This document shows positions 1 through 13,036 of a stretch of DNA of 64,000 nt, piece by piece. A model generated the notes under the pieces. The model worked only from the letters and a program-made list of their open reading frames with translations, had not been told where the DNA came from and made no database searches. The position numbers were made by a program, and so were the translations under genes. The stretch is from Lama glama (taxonomy: Eukaryota): positions 124,001-188,000 of the forward strand of contig CM052818.1 of NCBI GenBank assembly GCA_028534125.1. Direction: 5' to 3'. The stretch's first letter is position 1. Each line of letters opens with the position of its first letter.

Positions 1-1878
1 TCTAGGAACCTCTCCCTGGTACCTGCAGACAGGATGTATTCCTCCTCATTTGGCTCTTTGATGAGTGCAAAGTGGAAACCCTCAAAGTGCTCAATGGGGC
101 ATAAAGGCTGACTGAAAAAATGAGGTTTCAAGCAAATAGACAAACCCAGCAGTGAAAATCAATGAGATTAAAGCTGCCCTGTTAGAAAATAAATGAGGTG
201 CAAAGGGATCAACCATGAAATATGAGTCAGCAGACCTCATCCAGGAAATCCCAGACCAGTACTGCTCAGGCCGGGGGCCTCCCCATGTCTCCACCAGTCT
301 CCCCATCTGCTACCACCTGCCCCTTCCTGCCAGTGCACCCACATGCTTTGGCCTTCTGGAAATGCCCCAGTTGCTGATTACTGAAATCTGACATCAAGAC
401 CACACCAGATCTCCCTCCTTGATTACTGCAGCCAGATCCTCTGCATCTCCACAGTTCTCTGTTCTGTCACTCTTGTGCCACTGATCTGGGTCTTCCTATA
501 CCCAAAGTTTTGGGGTATTTGGATTCTAAGCCCCTCCCAGACTGCAAGCTCCTGTGATGTCATGAAAATTTTTAAATATTTGCTTTGGAATCAAGCCTGT
601 TTCAAATCCCCAAAAATGTATGCCCCTGGGCTAGTTTCTAATCTTGTCTGAACCTCTGTTTCCTTATCTGTACACTAAGACCATAATATCTCATGCAATT
701 ATGACGAAAATTAGATGAAATAAATTATGCAAAGGCCTCAGTCCAGTGCCTTGCATGTTTAAAATTTTCAACAAATGTAAGTTCTCTTCCTCACTTTTGA
801 ATCCCCAAAGCTTAAAATATGTTGCCAGTAATTTTTATGCAAATTACTGGCTTACAATCACATGACTAATGCACACTCATTCGGAAAGTATAGAAAACGT
901 AGAAGAATCAGAAAATAGAAAGAAGCAAAAAGAAAACAGAAAATCTATAATTTTCAAACCCAAAGATACTAGTGCATAAATTGATACACATCTTTTGAAG
1001 TTTTAGAAAGATGTAGTCACTATAACACTGTACACAGTGCTTTCTAATCTGCTTTTTAATATGTAAATGAGACAAACATCTTTCATTGTCCACGAATAGA
1101 TTTATACAACGTTATCCATAATGACTATAGAGTGACATCGTATAAGGATTTCTCAACTTAGCCAGTCCCCTACTCTTGATCATTTGCATTTTGTTCACTA
1201 AGCCATTGCTGGGATGAACATGCTTGTAAATCTTTGCTCTCATTTCAATTAAATTCCTGAGAGTGGAATTGCTAAAATGAGGGGTATGGGGAAAAGTTAA
1301 TACTTCTGGCACACATTGCCACATTACTCTCCCGAATGATCATGTCAATTTCTATTTCTCACCTACTCAAGGTATATAGTCATTCTTTTCTGGTCTTTGC
1401 TAAAGAGAAAATGGTACCTAATTGCTATTTTACTTTCCTTAAAAAAAAAAATCACTTGTGGTTAAATGTGGAACTGAATGAATATAATTCTCCTTTCATT
1501 CTGACCATCAAAGCAAAGTCATCTACACATTTTGCCAGCATTGCTCGGCCAGGATGAGTGGTTATGAAGAAAAAATGGTCATAATTTGGACAAAGCTAAT
1601 TTAAGAACCAAAATGATAGAGGAACAAGGACATCTGCAGTGTTGGGAGGAAATGGAGAGAACTGGGGCAAAGCAGGGACCTCAAGGGGCTGGGTTTGGAG
1701 AAGTAGTAAGTTTGGGATGGAACAAACCCAGTGACCATTGTAAAGTCAGTTACGGCTCTGCTCATTGGGAGCATTGCTGGAGTTGCCACATTAGTGGATG
1801 GGTTAGTTTTTATTCTCTTACATCAGCTCATTGTATAATATTTGTCCCTTAATAATCATTTTCCTCATTCTCAATGGG

Positions 1879-1905
1879 CATCATCATCATCATCATCATC
1901 ATCAT
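1879..1905 (+). repeat. (CAT)9 microsatellite
   Basis: Direct reading. Confidence 0.95.
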
Positions 1906-2150
1906 AAATGTAACTAACATTTGCTGAGCATTTTCCACAGGCCAGGTGTTATACTCTACTTGCATTATCTAATTTGACCCTTACGACGTTCCCATAAAGT
2001 TTGTGCTATTAAGGTACCCATTTTCCAGATGAGGAAACTGAGTCTAGGAGAGATGGAGGGTCTTGCTCAAGGGCACAGAGCTAGTAATCAAGGGAGCAAG
2101 GATGACAACTCAGGCCTGCCTTTCTTCCAAGACTAAGTTTTTAACCACAA
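1906..2150 (-). mobile_element. MIR
   Basis: Core cccattttccagatgaggaaactgag. Confidence 0.8.
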
Positions 2151-3436
2151 CATTTCTCAAGGGCAGCTTAGCTGATGAATTGTACTAGATACCAGTTCAA
2201 GGTGAAGGGCAAACAGCCATGAGAAAATAAAGGTTAAAAGACTCCCAATGGCAATTCTACATGAAGAATGGGGAATTCTCTCTCCCTCCATCCTCAGTCC
2301 ACTCTGATGGCTCATCTAAGGCCCCGGTTTTCCAAGCATTTGATTTGGTCTTCCCCCTGACTACTTCATTAAAGCCCGCCTCACCAAGCAGGGGAGAATT
2401 TAATGCACTTGACTCCTTGGAGATTTGATGCTCCTTTAGGCCTAGAGAACCGATCTCCTTACTCACACATCCTTATCCCTTTCTCCCCTGGCAAGCCAAT
2501 CTAAAATGGGTACCAGGAACTCACACTTGTCAAGCCTCATTTTGCACCTGCCTACCACCCCAAGGCTTGTATCTGTGCTTGCTGGGGCTCCCCTAACACA
2601 AACCCGTAAGTGGGACCTGGCCACATCTACAGTGGACAGGTGCGGACTCGAAGACTTAGGAGAGAGATGCAGAAGGACCCTTCCACTGGCGGCTTCTGAT
2701 GGTTAACCCAGGGCAGCCCATGGTCCCCTTGGATTTTCATGCTGTAAAGATTTGGAATCACTTCAAGACAGAGGAGTTTGAGTCCCACAGAGTTCAAAGC
2801 CTGGCCTTGACATGAAAGCTGTCTTCTCCCTCCGGTCCATTCTGACCAGCCGAGTGGGAGATCCACTGAAGCCACTCTGATGGTTTTCTCTTCCTGTTAC
2901 AATGTCTTCTCATCACAGCGTCTTCCTGGAAAAGGCCAAGATTAGCACTTTATTTCAGCCCATTGCAACACAAGCTGCTTCCCAGCAGCTAAAGCGAGGT
3001 TTGAGGGAGCGAAAGAAAAACTTGCTACTCTGTTTCCCAGCTAAATCCCACTTCTTTCATGAGGTTTTCTCGACCACTCCTGCCAGCAAGTCCTTGGGCT
3101 GCATCTCTCCTGCTCTTCAGCTGTTCTGACCTCCTAGAACACTGCTTGTCTTCTTTAGCCATTTACATAATGCCTTGCTGGTTTCATCACCCATTGACAT
3201 GTGAACGCTGCCTCATCTCCTTAACCAGATTGTGCACATCTGGAGGGACAGAGCTCTATTTTAAGATATTTCTGTATCTTCCCCCAGCTCAGAATATGGT
3301 GGTATGTGCCTTCCATGATCACCCCATTTAAACTCCAAACAAACCACCCCTCCATTCCAATCTGGAATATAACTTACTTATTTTGTTTAATATTTGTGCC
3401 CCATTGGAAGAAGTTTAGCCCCAGAAAGACAGGGAT

Positions 3437-4920
3437 TTGAAAAAAATTTTTTTTATTGAAGTACAGTCAGTTACCATGTGTCAGTTTCTGGTGTACAGCA
3501 CAATGTCCCAGTCATGCATATACATACATAAATTCATTTTCACATTTTTGTATATATATATTTTGTTGTTGTTGTTAAAGTACAGTCAGTTTACAATGTG
3601 TCAATTTCTGGTGCACAGCACAATGCTTCAGTCATACATGAACATACTTTTTTTTCATTTTCATATTCTTTTTCACCAGAAGTTACTGCAAGATAATGAA
3701 TATAGTTCCCTGTGCTATACAGCATGAACTTGTTATTTATCTACTCTATATGTATCAGTTAGTATCTGCAAATCTCTAACTCCCAATTTATCCCCTCCCA
3801 TCCCCCTCCCACACTGGTAACCACAAATTTGTTCTCTATGTCTGAGTGTCTGTTTCTGCTTTGCAAATAGGATTCCACATATAAGTAATATCATATGATA
3901 TTTTTCTTTCTCTTTCTGGCTTATTTTACTTAGAATGACGATCTCCAGGTCCATCTGTGTTGCTGCAAATGGCATTATTTTAGTCTTTTTTAAGGCTGAG
4001 TATTCCATTGTATAAATACACCACCACTTCTTTATCCAGTCATCTGTTGATGGACATTTAGGTGGCTTCCATGTCTTGGTTATTGTAAATAGTCCTGCTA
4101 TGAACATTGGGGTGCAGGTATCTTTTCGAATTAGGGTTCCCTCCAGATATATGGCCAGTGGGACTGCTGGATCATATTGTAAGTTTATTTTTAGTATTTT
4201 GAGGACTCTCCATACTGTTTTCCATAGTGACTGCACCAAACTACATTTCCACCAACAGTGTAGGAGGGTTCCCTTTTCTCCACAGCCTCTCCAGCATTTG
4301 TCATTTGTGGACTTTTGAATGATGGCCATTCTGACTGGTGTAGGGAGATATCTAATTATAGTGTTGATTTGCATTTCTCTGATAATTAGTGATATTGAGC
4401 ATTTTTTCATGTGTCTATAGGCCATTTGTATGTCTTCATTGGAGAATTGCTTGTTTAAGTCTTCTGCCCATTTTTGGATTGGGTTGTTTGCTTCTTTTTA
4501 TTATTATTAAGTTATACGAGCTGTTTATATATTCTGGAAATTAAGCCTTTGTCGGCTGCATCATTTGCAAATATTTTCTCCCATTCTGTAGGTTGTCATT
4601 TTGTTTTGCTCATTTTGCTGTGCAAAAATGTTTAAGTTTAATTAGGTCCCATTTGTTTATTTTTGCTCTTATTTCTTTTGCCTGGGTAGACTGCCCTAGG
4701 AGAACATTGCTAAGATTGATGTCAGATAATGTTTTGCCTATGTTTTCTTCTAGGAGATTAAAGTGTCTTATTTCATATGTAAGTCTTTGAGCCATTTTGA
4801 GTTTATTTGTGTGTGTGGTGTGGGGGAGTGTTCTAATTTCACCAATTTCTGTGCTGCTGTCCAGTTTTCTCAACACCACTTGCTGAAAAGACTGTCTTTT
4901 CTCCATTGTATATTCTTGCC
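3437..4920 (-). mobile_element. 5'-truncated L1 (ORF2 C-terminus + 3'UTR) with a second short L1 3' end in its tail, inserted into an L2 3' end
   Basis: ORF2 peptide [17 protein letters not shown]-rich tail; degenerate TSD agaaag..ggattt. Confidence 0.93.
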
Positions 4921-7920
4921 AGAAAGGGATTTTCACCTGCTTCGTTCAACTGATTTTTCACCCACATTTAAAATAGTGCCTGACACAGAGTGAGCATTCA
5001 ATAAATATGTGTTGAATTAACAGATGAATCAAAGGATGAATAACGTGGAAGACTATGAAGTAAAGAACCCGTCAGCATAAACGGCAGGATGACCTTTTTC
5101 ATTTTCAGCTTTTCAGTGAGTATTTTATGTGTTGTTCTTTATGAATTTCAGGAGAATTTCTTTAGGCTGTCAAATAAATTTCATTTCTTTCTAGCTCAGG
5201 AAATCCTAAGGTAAAGAATAACCACCAGTACTTAACTGAGTTGCCACTATGCACCCATAACTATATATTTTCATTTAATTAACACTCCTCTCCCCTAGGT
5301 TGATATTGTTAAAATGAACCATCTTACAGATGAGGATCTGAATCTTCTGAAAGGTAAATAACTTGCCTGGTCCCCAGCTAGGAAGTGGTGAGGCCAGGAC
5401 TTGCACCCAGCCCACTGTAGTTCATCACTGCTCAGCTTTTCTGCCTTAACAGAATCCAGACTTCCAGGATGACCCTTGTGCTTCTTCCCTACGATGTTCA
5501 GGTCCTGGCCAGCCCAGCCCAGCCCAGCCTTTCCCAACACGAGACCGGATCCTGGGGATCCATGGACAAGCTACAAGCCAGCTACTACCTGGAGAACTAA
5601 AGTGGGGCAAGTTTTTGATAGGAAACACAGCTGCAATTGTGCAAGGACTGAAATGGTTAACCCTAGAGATTGCCTCTGGGGCTCCCTGTTCCCTGGGCTT
5701 TCATGGCTAACCAAGGGCTTGTAAATGGACACATTCTTTTCAGCTATATTAAAACCATTATCCAGGCCTGGGATTCAGTTTGTCTCTTTTCAGTGACTTC
5801 GCATATCTCTGATCTGAAGCACAGACACCATATTCATAGGGTGATTTAAATACCCTCTCCTTTCCTTTCTTCTCATATCCTGGGCATAACACATACCACC
5901 CTCACTAACTACTCAGTCAATATGCAGCCGACTCCTGGCCCCCGCTGTGAGGATGGAGATTACAGAGAATAGGGGAGGGGGGCTCAAGGAGCATGGCCAG
6001 GGCTCAGAGCTGTTGGCATGAGGTATCTGAAAAGTACCAACTAACGGAGGAGTAAAAAGATTTTTTAGCAACATGGAGAATCCAGCTGAAGCTGGAAATC
6101 ATTAATTTGCTCTGGAGCCAGGCAGCCTGGTTGTGGAATTTTCTCCAGCTGAACTCCAGCAGAGAAAACAAACAGTAAGGGGACTTCAGGGTTGGGAGAT
6201 GGCCTGACAGGTGCACAGAGAGAGGAAGTGGCGGGTTGTTGATGAGAATGTAGCTGAGACAATTGCCAGTGGGTCCCAGGCTGGAAAAGGGAGGGAGGCG
6301 AAGCCAGGAGGAACTCATACCCAGACTGTCCCAGCTCAGACAGGCTGTGGGTGAACCTGCCAGGACCCCAGAGGGATGGAGATGGGGGAGTCCCAGAAAA
6401 GGCAAGTCGAGGACAGAGGAAACAAATGCAGCTGACACTCCTGTGCTCAGTAGGGACCAGTAACCTGAACAGCCCCATCTCCTCCCACAAGCGAGACAGC
6501 AGGAACCCTACACAGTCCCCTGGGACCATGCCATTCCCTGCGCATCAGGGATTCCCCAGACATCAAGGCTACGCAAAGCCGCAGCTTGCCAGGAACAGCT
6601 CATCCTCTCAAGCCAAATCTCTCCAGTTTCACCTTTTATTTGAATGACACGAATCTCTCACAGCATCAAAAGCATCGCTGAAGAATTAAATCTCAAGAAA
6701 GCAGCAACCAGGAAAGCCTGGATCTCAAGGTCTAGAACTAGGGACTCAAAACCACTCAGACCCTGGCTGTCTGTTCAGAGTCCCTCTCTCCTTTGCTTGG
6801 TGAGTTACCTTTATTCTAAGAAACTTAAGATTCTAATCCTAACTCTGCCCGTCCGTTTCCCCACTGAGTGACCTTAAGCCAGTTACTTACCTTTTCTGTG
6901 CCTCAGCTTCCTCGTGGAGATAATAGCAGTGTGTACCTCATAGGGTTCCTTGCAGAGTGAATAATTTAACACTCGTAAAGCACTTGGAAGAGTCCCTGTC
7001 TCCCCCCAAGTTGTTTCTCTTCCAAGAGAAGAGTCTGGACACCAAGGATTTAATCAGCAACTTGCCATCGAGGTTGAAGGTGATAAACTGGAGTCCCATT
7101 CAAGCCAATACCGGGATCCACAGAGACCCAATCTTGTGGATGGGCTGGAGGGTCAGCAGGAGCTGCGGTGCCACTCAGAGTCAGGCCTATTGTCTTCTTA
7201 AGAGCAGGGCAATCTATCCTGAACCTTGGTAATTACTCTCAGACCCCTACCCTGCCATTGGTTCCCTTGGTCATCAGTAGATGACCACACCTACTTGTCA
7301 AAGGGAAACTGGGCATCTTGCCCTCCACTCCCTTCCCCTACATTCAGATTTATCTGCTTTGAAATCCATCCACATTGCCTTTCCTCCATCTCTGGGAATG
7401 AGGTGCCCATTCCTATTCAAGAAGAACCCCTCCTCATGTCCTTTAACGCCCTCACACTCTTCCTCAGGACTGTTCCTCCGTCAGCCATCCTCTCTCTCCA
7501 TACTCCCCATGCATCTTTCGCCTCTTTCTCCTGGCCCCTTCCCATAGCACTGAAACAAGCTCAGGTCTCTCCTACTCTAAAGACAAATAGATATCTCTAG
7601 ACTCCCCCTTCCTTAAGTCTCCACTTCCCCTCCCAGGATAGCATCTCAAAAAGTCATCTCCACTCACTAACTCTACTTTCTCCCCTCCCATCCTCAACTT
7701 TCTTTTCTCCAGCTCCCACTCTTACTTCTCCTAAGAAGCTGATGTTTCCACTAACTACCAAAAGCCTGGGCTTCTGCTACACTGGACATCATTACTACCC
7801 TTCCTTTAAACTTTCTCCTCCCTGGTTTCTATAGTAACACTCTCCCTGCTCATTCCCCTGCCTCTCAAACCACTCCTTCTCCATGTCCTTCATGTGTTCC
7901 TTCCTCTTGGTCTATCCATT

Positions 7921-8521
7921 TGTTGCCAGTCAGTGTAACCGGTGTTCCAGGTTCTTGTCCCATCCCAGAAAGAATTCAGAGACAAGACATGGGGGTTAAG
8001 AAAGTAAAGTGAGGATTTATTAAGAGATGGATAGTACACTCTCAAGGGGAGAGCGGGCAGGCTCAGGTGAGCAGCTGCCCTGAGTTTCTTTGGCAAGTTG
8101 GTTATGTAGGGTGTAAAAATTAATGGGCAGAATATTCACTGGGGAGGGAAGGATCTGGGGTCATAGTCCCTGATTTTCATCCTAACTCCACCTTCCCTAA
8201 GGGAGGAGGGATTTTTGTCCTTACTTAGTCTGGATCGGAAGTGTCATGGCATTGGTGCATGATGGGTACTTCTGATCTGCAAGGCTAATTTGATTGAAAT
8301 GAGGGCATAATGAACAAAAGGTTACATTTGGACACTGGCGATTCCCACCTTTCCCACCTTTCTTTGTTGGCCTCCAAAGGTGTGATCACTTATCAGCCCA
8401 GAGGTTCCTGCTTCCCTTTCTCCACCCAAGGACCCCTGGTGCTCACATGATGCATGGTTTCCTGCACTGGGCCTGCACCCCACTTTCTCTGTTCATATCA
8501 AGCTATCTGCCTGCTCTAACA
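7921..8521 (-). mobile_element. Solo ERV LTR inserted in an L2 fragment
   Basis: tgtt...aaca termini; minus-strand AATAAA near 8016; flanks are L2-like; TSD not clear. Confidence 0.7.
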
Positions 8522-8859
8522 CCTCCTCAAACAATCCATTCTCTCCTCCCCTCGCAGCCTCCCTGGGGGACCTTATCTACTCTCAAAGCTTCAGTCAGCT
8601 CCTACACAAGCTAATGATTGCCAAATATATCTCCATTAGCTTAATCCTTTCTCCAGAATGTCAGATTGTCCATCCAGCAGCCACTGCAACACCTTCACTT
8701 GGAGGTCCCCTGAAACATTGCAAACTCAGCATGTGGGTTTAGGGGAATAGTTCCTGAAACTACATTATATGGAAAATACTTGAAGACACCAGAGGTGCCT
8801 GAGTCACAGAGGTGACTCAGATGGATTATAGTGGTAAACTGGGCCATAGTGGTCAACCA

Positions 8860-9088
8860 GGACAAGAACTGGAGATAATCCTTATAGACCCCAAGGGGTC
8901 AGATTCAGACCAATGACTGGGAAAACTGGAGAAGACAGATTTCAGCTAAATCTACAGAAGATCCTTTGGAAGTCAGAGTGACTCAAAGGTACACTTGGCT
9001 ACCTTACAAGAGTGTGAGATCTTGGGTACTGAGCACATTCAAGCTCCAGGCTTTAAATTCCTTCCAACTCCAGGAGTCCATAATTCTG
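8860..9088 (+). mobile_element. L3/CR1 3' fragment
   Basis: CR1-like motifs (gacagatttcagct; ccttccaactc...attct). Confidence 0.55.
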
Positions 9089-9232
9089 GAAGAAAACAAA
9101 ACTGAGCTTATGAAGATTTGACCAAATGCAGTAAAACCTGGTAATACTGGTGCTGGTGCCAATGGGCATTGGCTTGCTTGGCTGGATTCTCTAATCACCT
9201 GAAACGGAAGTAATAGTAGGGACATTTTAATC

Positions 9233-9760
9233 AACAGATGACTGGATAAAGAAGTTGTGGTATATTTATACAATGGAATACTACTCAGTGATTAAAAAAA
9301 AGAATAAAACAATGCAATTTGTGGCAATATGGATGGACCTGGAGATCACCATTCTAAGTGAAGTAAGCCAGAAGGAGAAAGAAAAATATCATATTATATA
9401 ATTTATATGTGAAATCTTAAAAAAAAAAAAGACTAATGAACTTATTTACAAAACAGAAACAGACTTAATGGACATAGAAAACAAACTTACGGTTTCCAGT
9501 GGGGAAGAGGGTGGGAAGGGATAAATTGGGAATTCCAGATTTGCACATACTAACTACTATATATAAAATAGATAAACCACAAGTTTCTACTGTACAGCAC
9601 AGGAAACTATATTCAATATCTTATAGTAACATACAATGAAAAAGAATATGAAAACAAATATATGTACGTATATGTATGACTGAACTATTATGCTGTGCAA
9701 CACAAATTGACACATCATTGTAAACTGACTTGACTTCAATTTTATTTTTAATCTCCTTTT
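9233..9760 (+). mobile_element. L1 3' fragment
   Basis: ORF2 end and 3'UTR homologous to 3437-4100. Confidence 0.9.
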
Positions 9761-10611
9761 TAAAAAGGGGTTCTGGTAATGAGGGAGCAGAAGCTGGACA
9801 GGGAGTGTGCTGGGTCTGGGGGCCTGCACGAGAGATGGGGAGAGTGGCCAGGCTGCAGGCTGATGGAGCAGGGTGCAGGGTGCAGTGGGGTGTGGCTCTG
9901 GGAACACAAGGCACCGGCTCCAGGGATGGGTCTGGGCCCAGCTACGGAGGAGGTGGCTCCACTGTCCCATCTGGCTAAGAGCCCAATGCTGGTGTAGACA
10001 GTGGTGGTATAACCCACCGAGATGCTCAGAGAGTCCAGCCCACAATTTTCTTGGGGTTTGTTTGTTTGTTTGTTTGTTAGTTAAAAATTATTTTTGCCCG
10101 GAAACTTTAAATGTTTAAATTTTTTTAAATCCTAATTTTATCCTTCATCCAAACCCAGCTCTTTTCATCTCTCCATGTTGACTTCCAGGTCCTGATCATA
10201 AGAACTTCCTTTTTCCAGAAGAGGATAGCTGTGCACGTAAATTTCTGCCATTTTCCTTGAACATTACTCTGTAAGCCTGTGGCCTCCATGTCTTCAGAAT
10301 GGTCATTTTAATGACTAAAGGACACCCTATTGCATAGATACACCATGGTTTAGTTAACCGCTTCCCTATTATGGGGGAGCTCCTTGTACTTTGAGATTCC
10401 CCATCCTTAGAAACTTTTCCTCAGAATAAATTCACAGGAGGCGGAAACTCGGTTAAAGGACATGATTATGTTTGACAGTTTCACTACTTTTTTTTCTTTC
10501 TTTCTTGATTTTTGCCTATCTCCAGCCATGGCGCTGACTAAATAATCAGGCAGATGATCTGCTTATGTTTGTTGCCAATATATGAAGTTGAGGTTTTTTT
10601 TTATATATTTG

Positions 10612-10773
10612 AATAAGCTTTTATTTATTTTTTGTTGTTGCTGAGTTGTTGGTTTTTTTTTTTTGGTGGGGGAGGCAATTAGATTTATTTATTTAATGGA
10701 GGTACTGGGGATTGAACCCAGGACTCTGTGCATGCTAGGCATGCGCTCTACCACTGAGCTACAACCTCTGCCC
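10612..10773 (-). mobile_element. tRNA-Ala-derived SINE (camelid Vic-1-like)
   Basis: tRNA-like head with A/B boxes; shared aaacctaattacctcccc tail. Confidence 0.88.
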
Positions 10774-11860
10774 TTGAATATTAAACCAGGGTTTAAGTTA
10801 CTGTAACCATTATTTTTATTTTAAAAGTAACGCTTGCTTATTGTAAAACTCTGAAATGTCTTTTATATATTTTTATATAATCCATCATATTGACCCATAT
10901 CATCTCACTGTATTCTAATTTACTTAAATTCCTTTTGAAATTTTCCACCATTATCTCTCCATCTTTCTCATTTCTTTCTGTAACTTCAATTCTTATGAAG
11001 TTATTCCTTCACAATAGAAACAAACACTCTAATCTTTGCTGGTTTTTCCACGACTTGATTTAGATTTTTAATAAGCTTACAGATCTGGAGTTTACATTGG
11101 TGTGTGGTATGAGGGCCCACAAAATGAGCAGAAACCAGTCTCACAGTACATATTTTGTAACATACACAGTCCCACCCCTGGGAAGACAGTTTGGCAACAT
11201 TACCTGGTACAGCAGTTATTTTTAAGGTTAACCAGTCACCTTCACATTGCTTTGCAAGAAAGGACTTCAATTTGTCCAGGTGTGAGTCTTGATTTATACT
11301 TCGATATTTCCTACGGCAGTTAGCTTCTTGCCTTCTACATGGTAGATGGTGCATTAGCATTTGTTCATTTGACCTGATTCAACATAAAAATAGAGCTAAC
11401 AGCACAGAGCTGTTATTTAAAAGAATAATCCAGAAGCCGGAGGGTACTGTTTTTAACCATCATGACATATTCCCCACTGGTCAGCCTTTCCCAGTTCATT
11501 GCTGGGGGTAGAACGAGATGCTGTCAAAGCTGGGCACAGGCGAGGTTAACAGGGCATGGCTGTGTAGCAGACACATTTGGCTTCAAATCCTGCCTCTACC
11601 TCTCCCCAGCTAGGGGCCTTGAGCAAACTGAGCTCTGGGTTCCTCGTCCATGAAAAAGGCACAAAAGAGCTCCTGGTGTGGTTGAAAGAAGGGTTAGAAA
11701 TAATAAACTCAGAGCACCTAGCACAGTGTTTGGCTCTAGTATGTGCTGAATGCATGATGATCATCATCTCCCTTGCCTCCGTTGTGTCCTAGAAAATCTA
11801 AGTGCTGAGGGATGTGCACAGCTATGGGAAAGCCTGAGTAGCAAGAAGGAACTGTATCAA

Positions 11861-11983
11861 GGAGGGTATAGCTCAACTGGTAGAGCGCAAGCATGCTTGA
11901 GGTCCTGGGGTCAATTCCCAGCATCTCCTCTAAAAATAGACAAACCTAACTACCTCCCACCCTGCCAAAATTTAAAAAAAAAA
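11861..11983 (+). mobile_element. tRNA-derived SINE
   Basis: ggagggtatagctca...; A-tail. Confidence 0.88.
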
Positions 11984-12479
11984 TGTGCACAACAAAAATG
12001 TGTGCAACCACCACCCCCCACACACACACACAAACACGCAGAGTTCCAACCCCAACTGCCCTTGCGGAGGATGTTTTAACATAAGAATAGATCATTACCA
12101 AGTTAGTAAAAATTCTGTTTATCGGAGTCAAGAGTTTTTCCGTCTGGTTATCCATCACTAAAAGGCTGGATGCTTCCCAATTCATTCTTTTTTTTTTTTT
12201 TTCCCAATTCATTCTAACACACAAGTGGTCCATGAAAAGAGCAGGTTTTGCATAGGGCTTGAAGCATGCTGCCTTTTCTTTGATGTTTCCAAGATCAGCA
12301 ACTTCCCCTTCCCAGGTCGCAAAATCACCAACACGAGATTCACCCCAAGAAACCGAGTCCGGCTCAGCAACAGGACGTCAGCGGGCTAACGGGGAAAACC
12401 TGTCCCGTCATCTGAATGGATGCTAGAAAGTTGTTTGACCCGATTCAGCATCCATCCTGATTCTCTTAGAGAAAAATAT

Positions 12480-13036
12480 AAAACCCTGTTATAATCGTTT
12501 GAGATATAGAAGACTCCTTTCCTGCTATAAATGTATTAGAAACCAACAAGAAGCATGAAAAACAATGGTGAAATCTTAAAGGCACTGCTATTAAAATCAA
12601 GTTCAGGTCAAGAATGAGCTGTTTCTGGGCTTGTTCCAGAAGTTCTAGCCAGTGTGTTGAAATAAGAAAAAGAAGAAAGAAACAAATAAATCATTATCCT
12701 CGGATGATATGATATGACTATCATATAGAGGACTCATTAAAATAAGAAATATCAGGCAACAGAATTTTAAGCAGCTAACAAAGATAATAGTATAGAACTA
12801 CATGGATTATTGTGGAAAAGTGTCCAAGACAGAGTATTAAGTGGAAGAAATAGGCTTCAAAATAATATGAATTTATTTAAATATATATTTATATACTTAT
12901 GCTGAATATATATATTGACTATATATTATGTAAAAAAGCTTAAAGGAAATTCACCAAAATATATTTAGAGATTGCATCTCTGGCCTGTGGGGTTCCAGGT
13001 GATTCTTACTTTCTATTTATTTAGAAAAGAACATTT
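12480..13036 (+). mobile_element. Ancient L1M 3' fragment, resuming at ~17940-18010 after the PHF12 retrocopy
   Basis: Decayed L1ME-like 3'UTR pattern on both sides of the retrocopy. Confidence 0.55.

Noticed and set aside
3733..4425. 230-aa ORF as a host gene
   Set aside because: It is the ORF2 C-terminus of a truncated L1.
13023..13036. TSD of the PHF12 retrocopy (agaaaagaacattt versus aaaaaaaatttt at 17931)
   Set aside because: Too low in complexity and too degenerate to assert.
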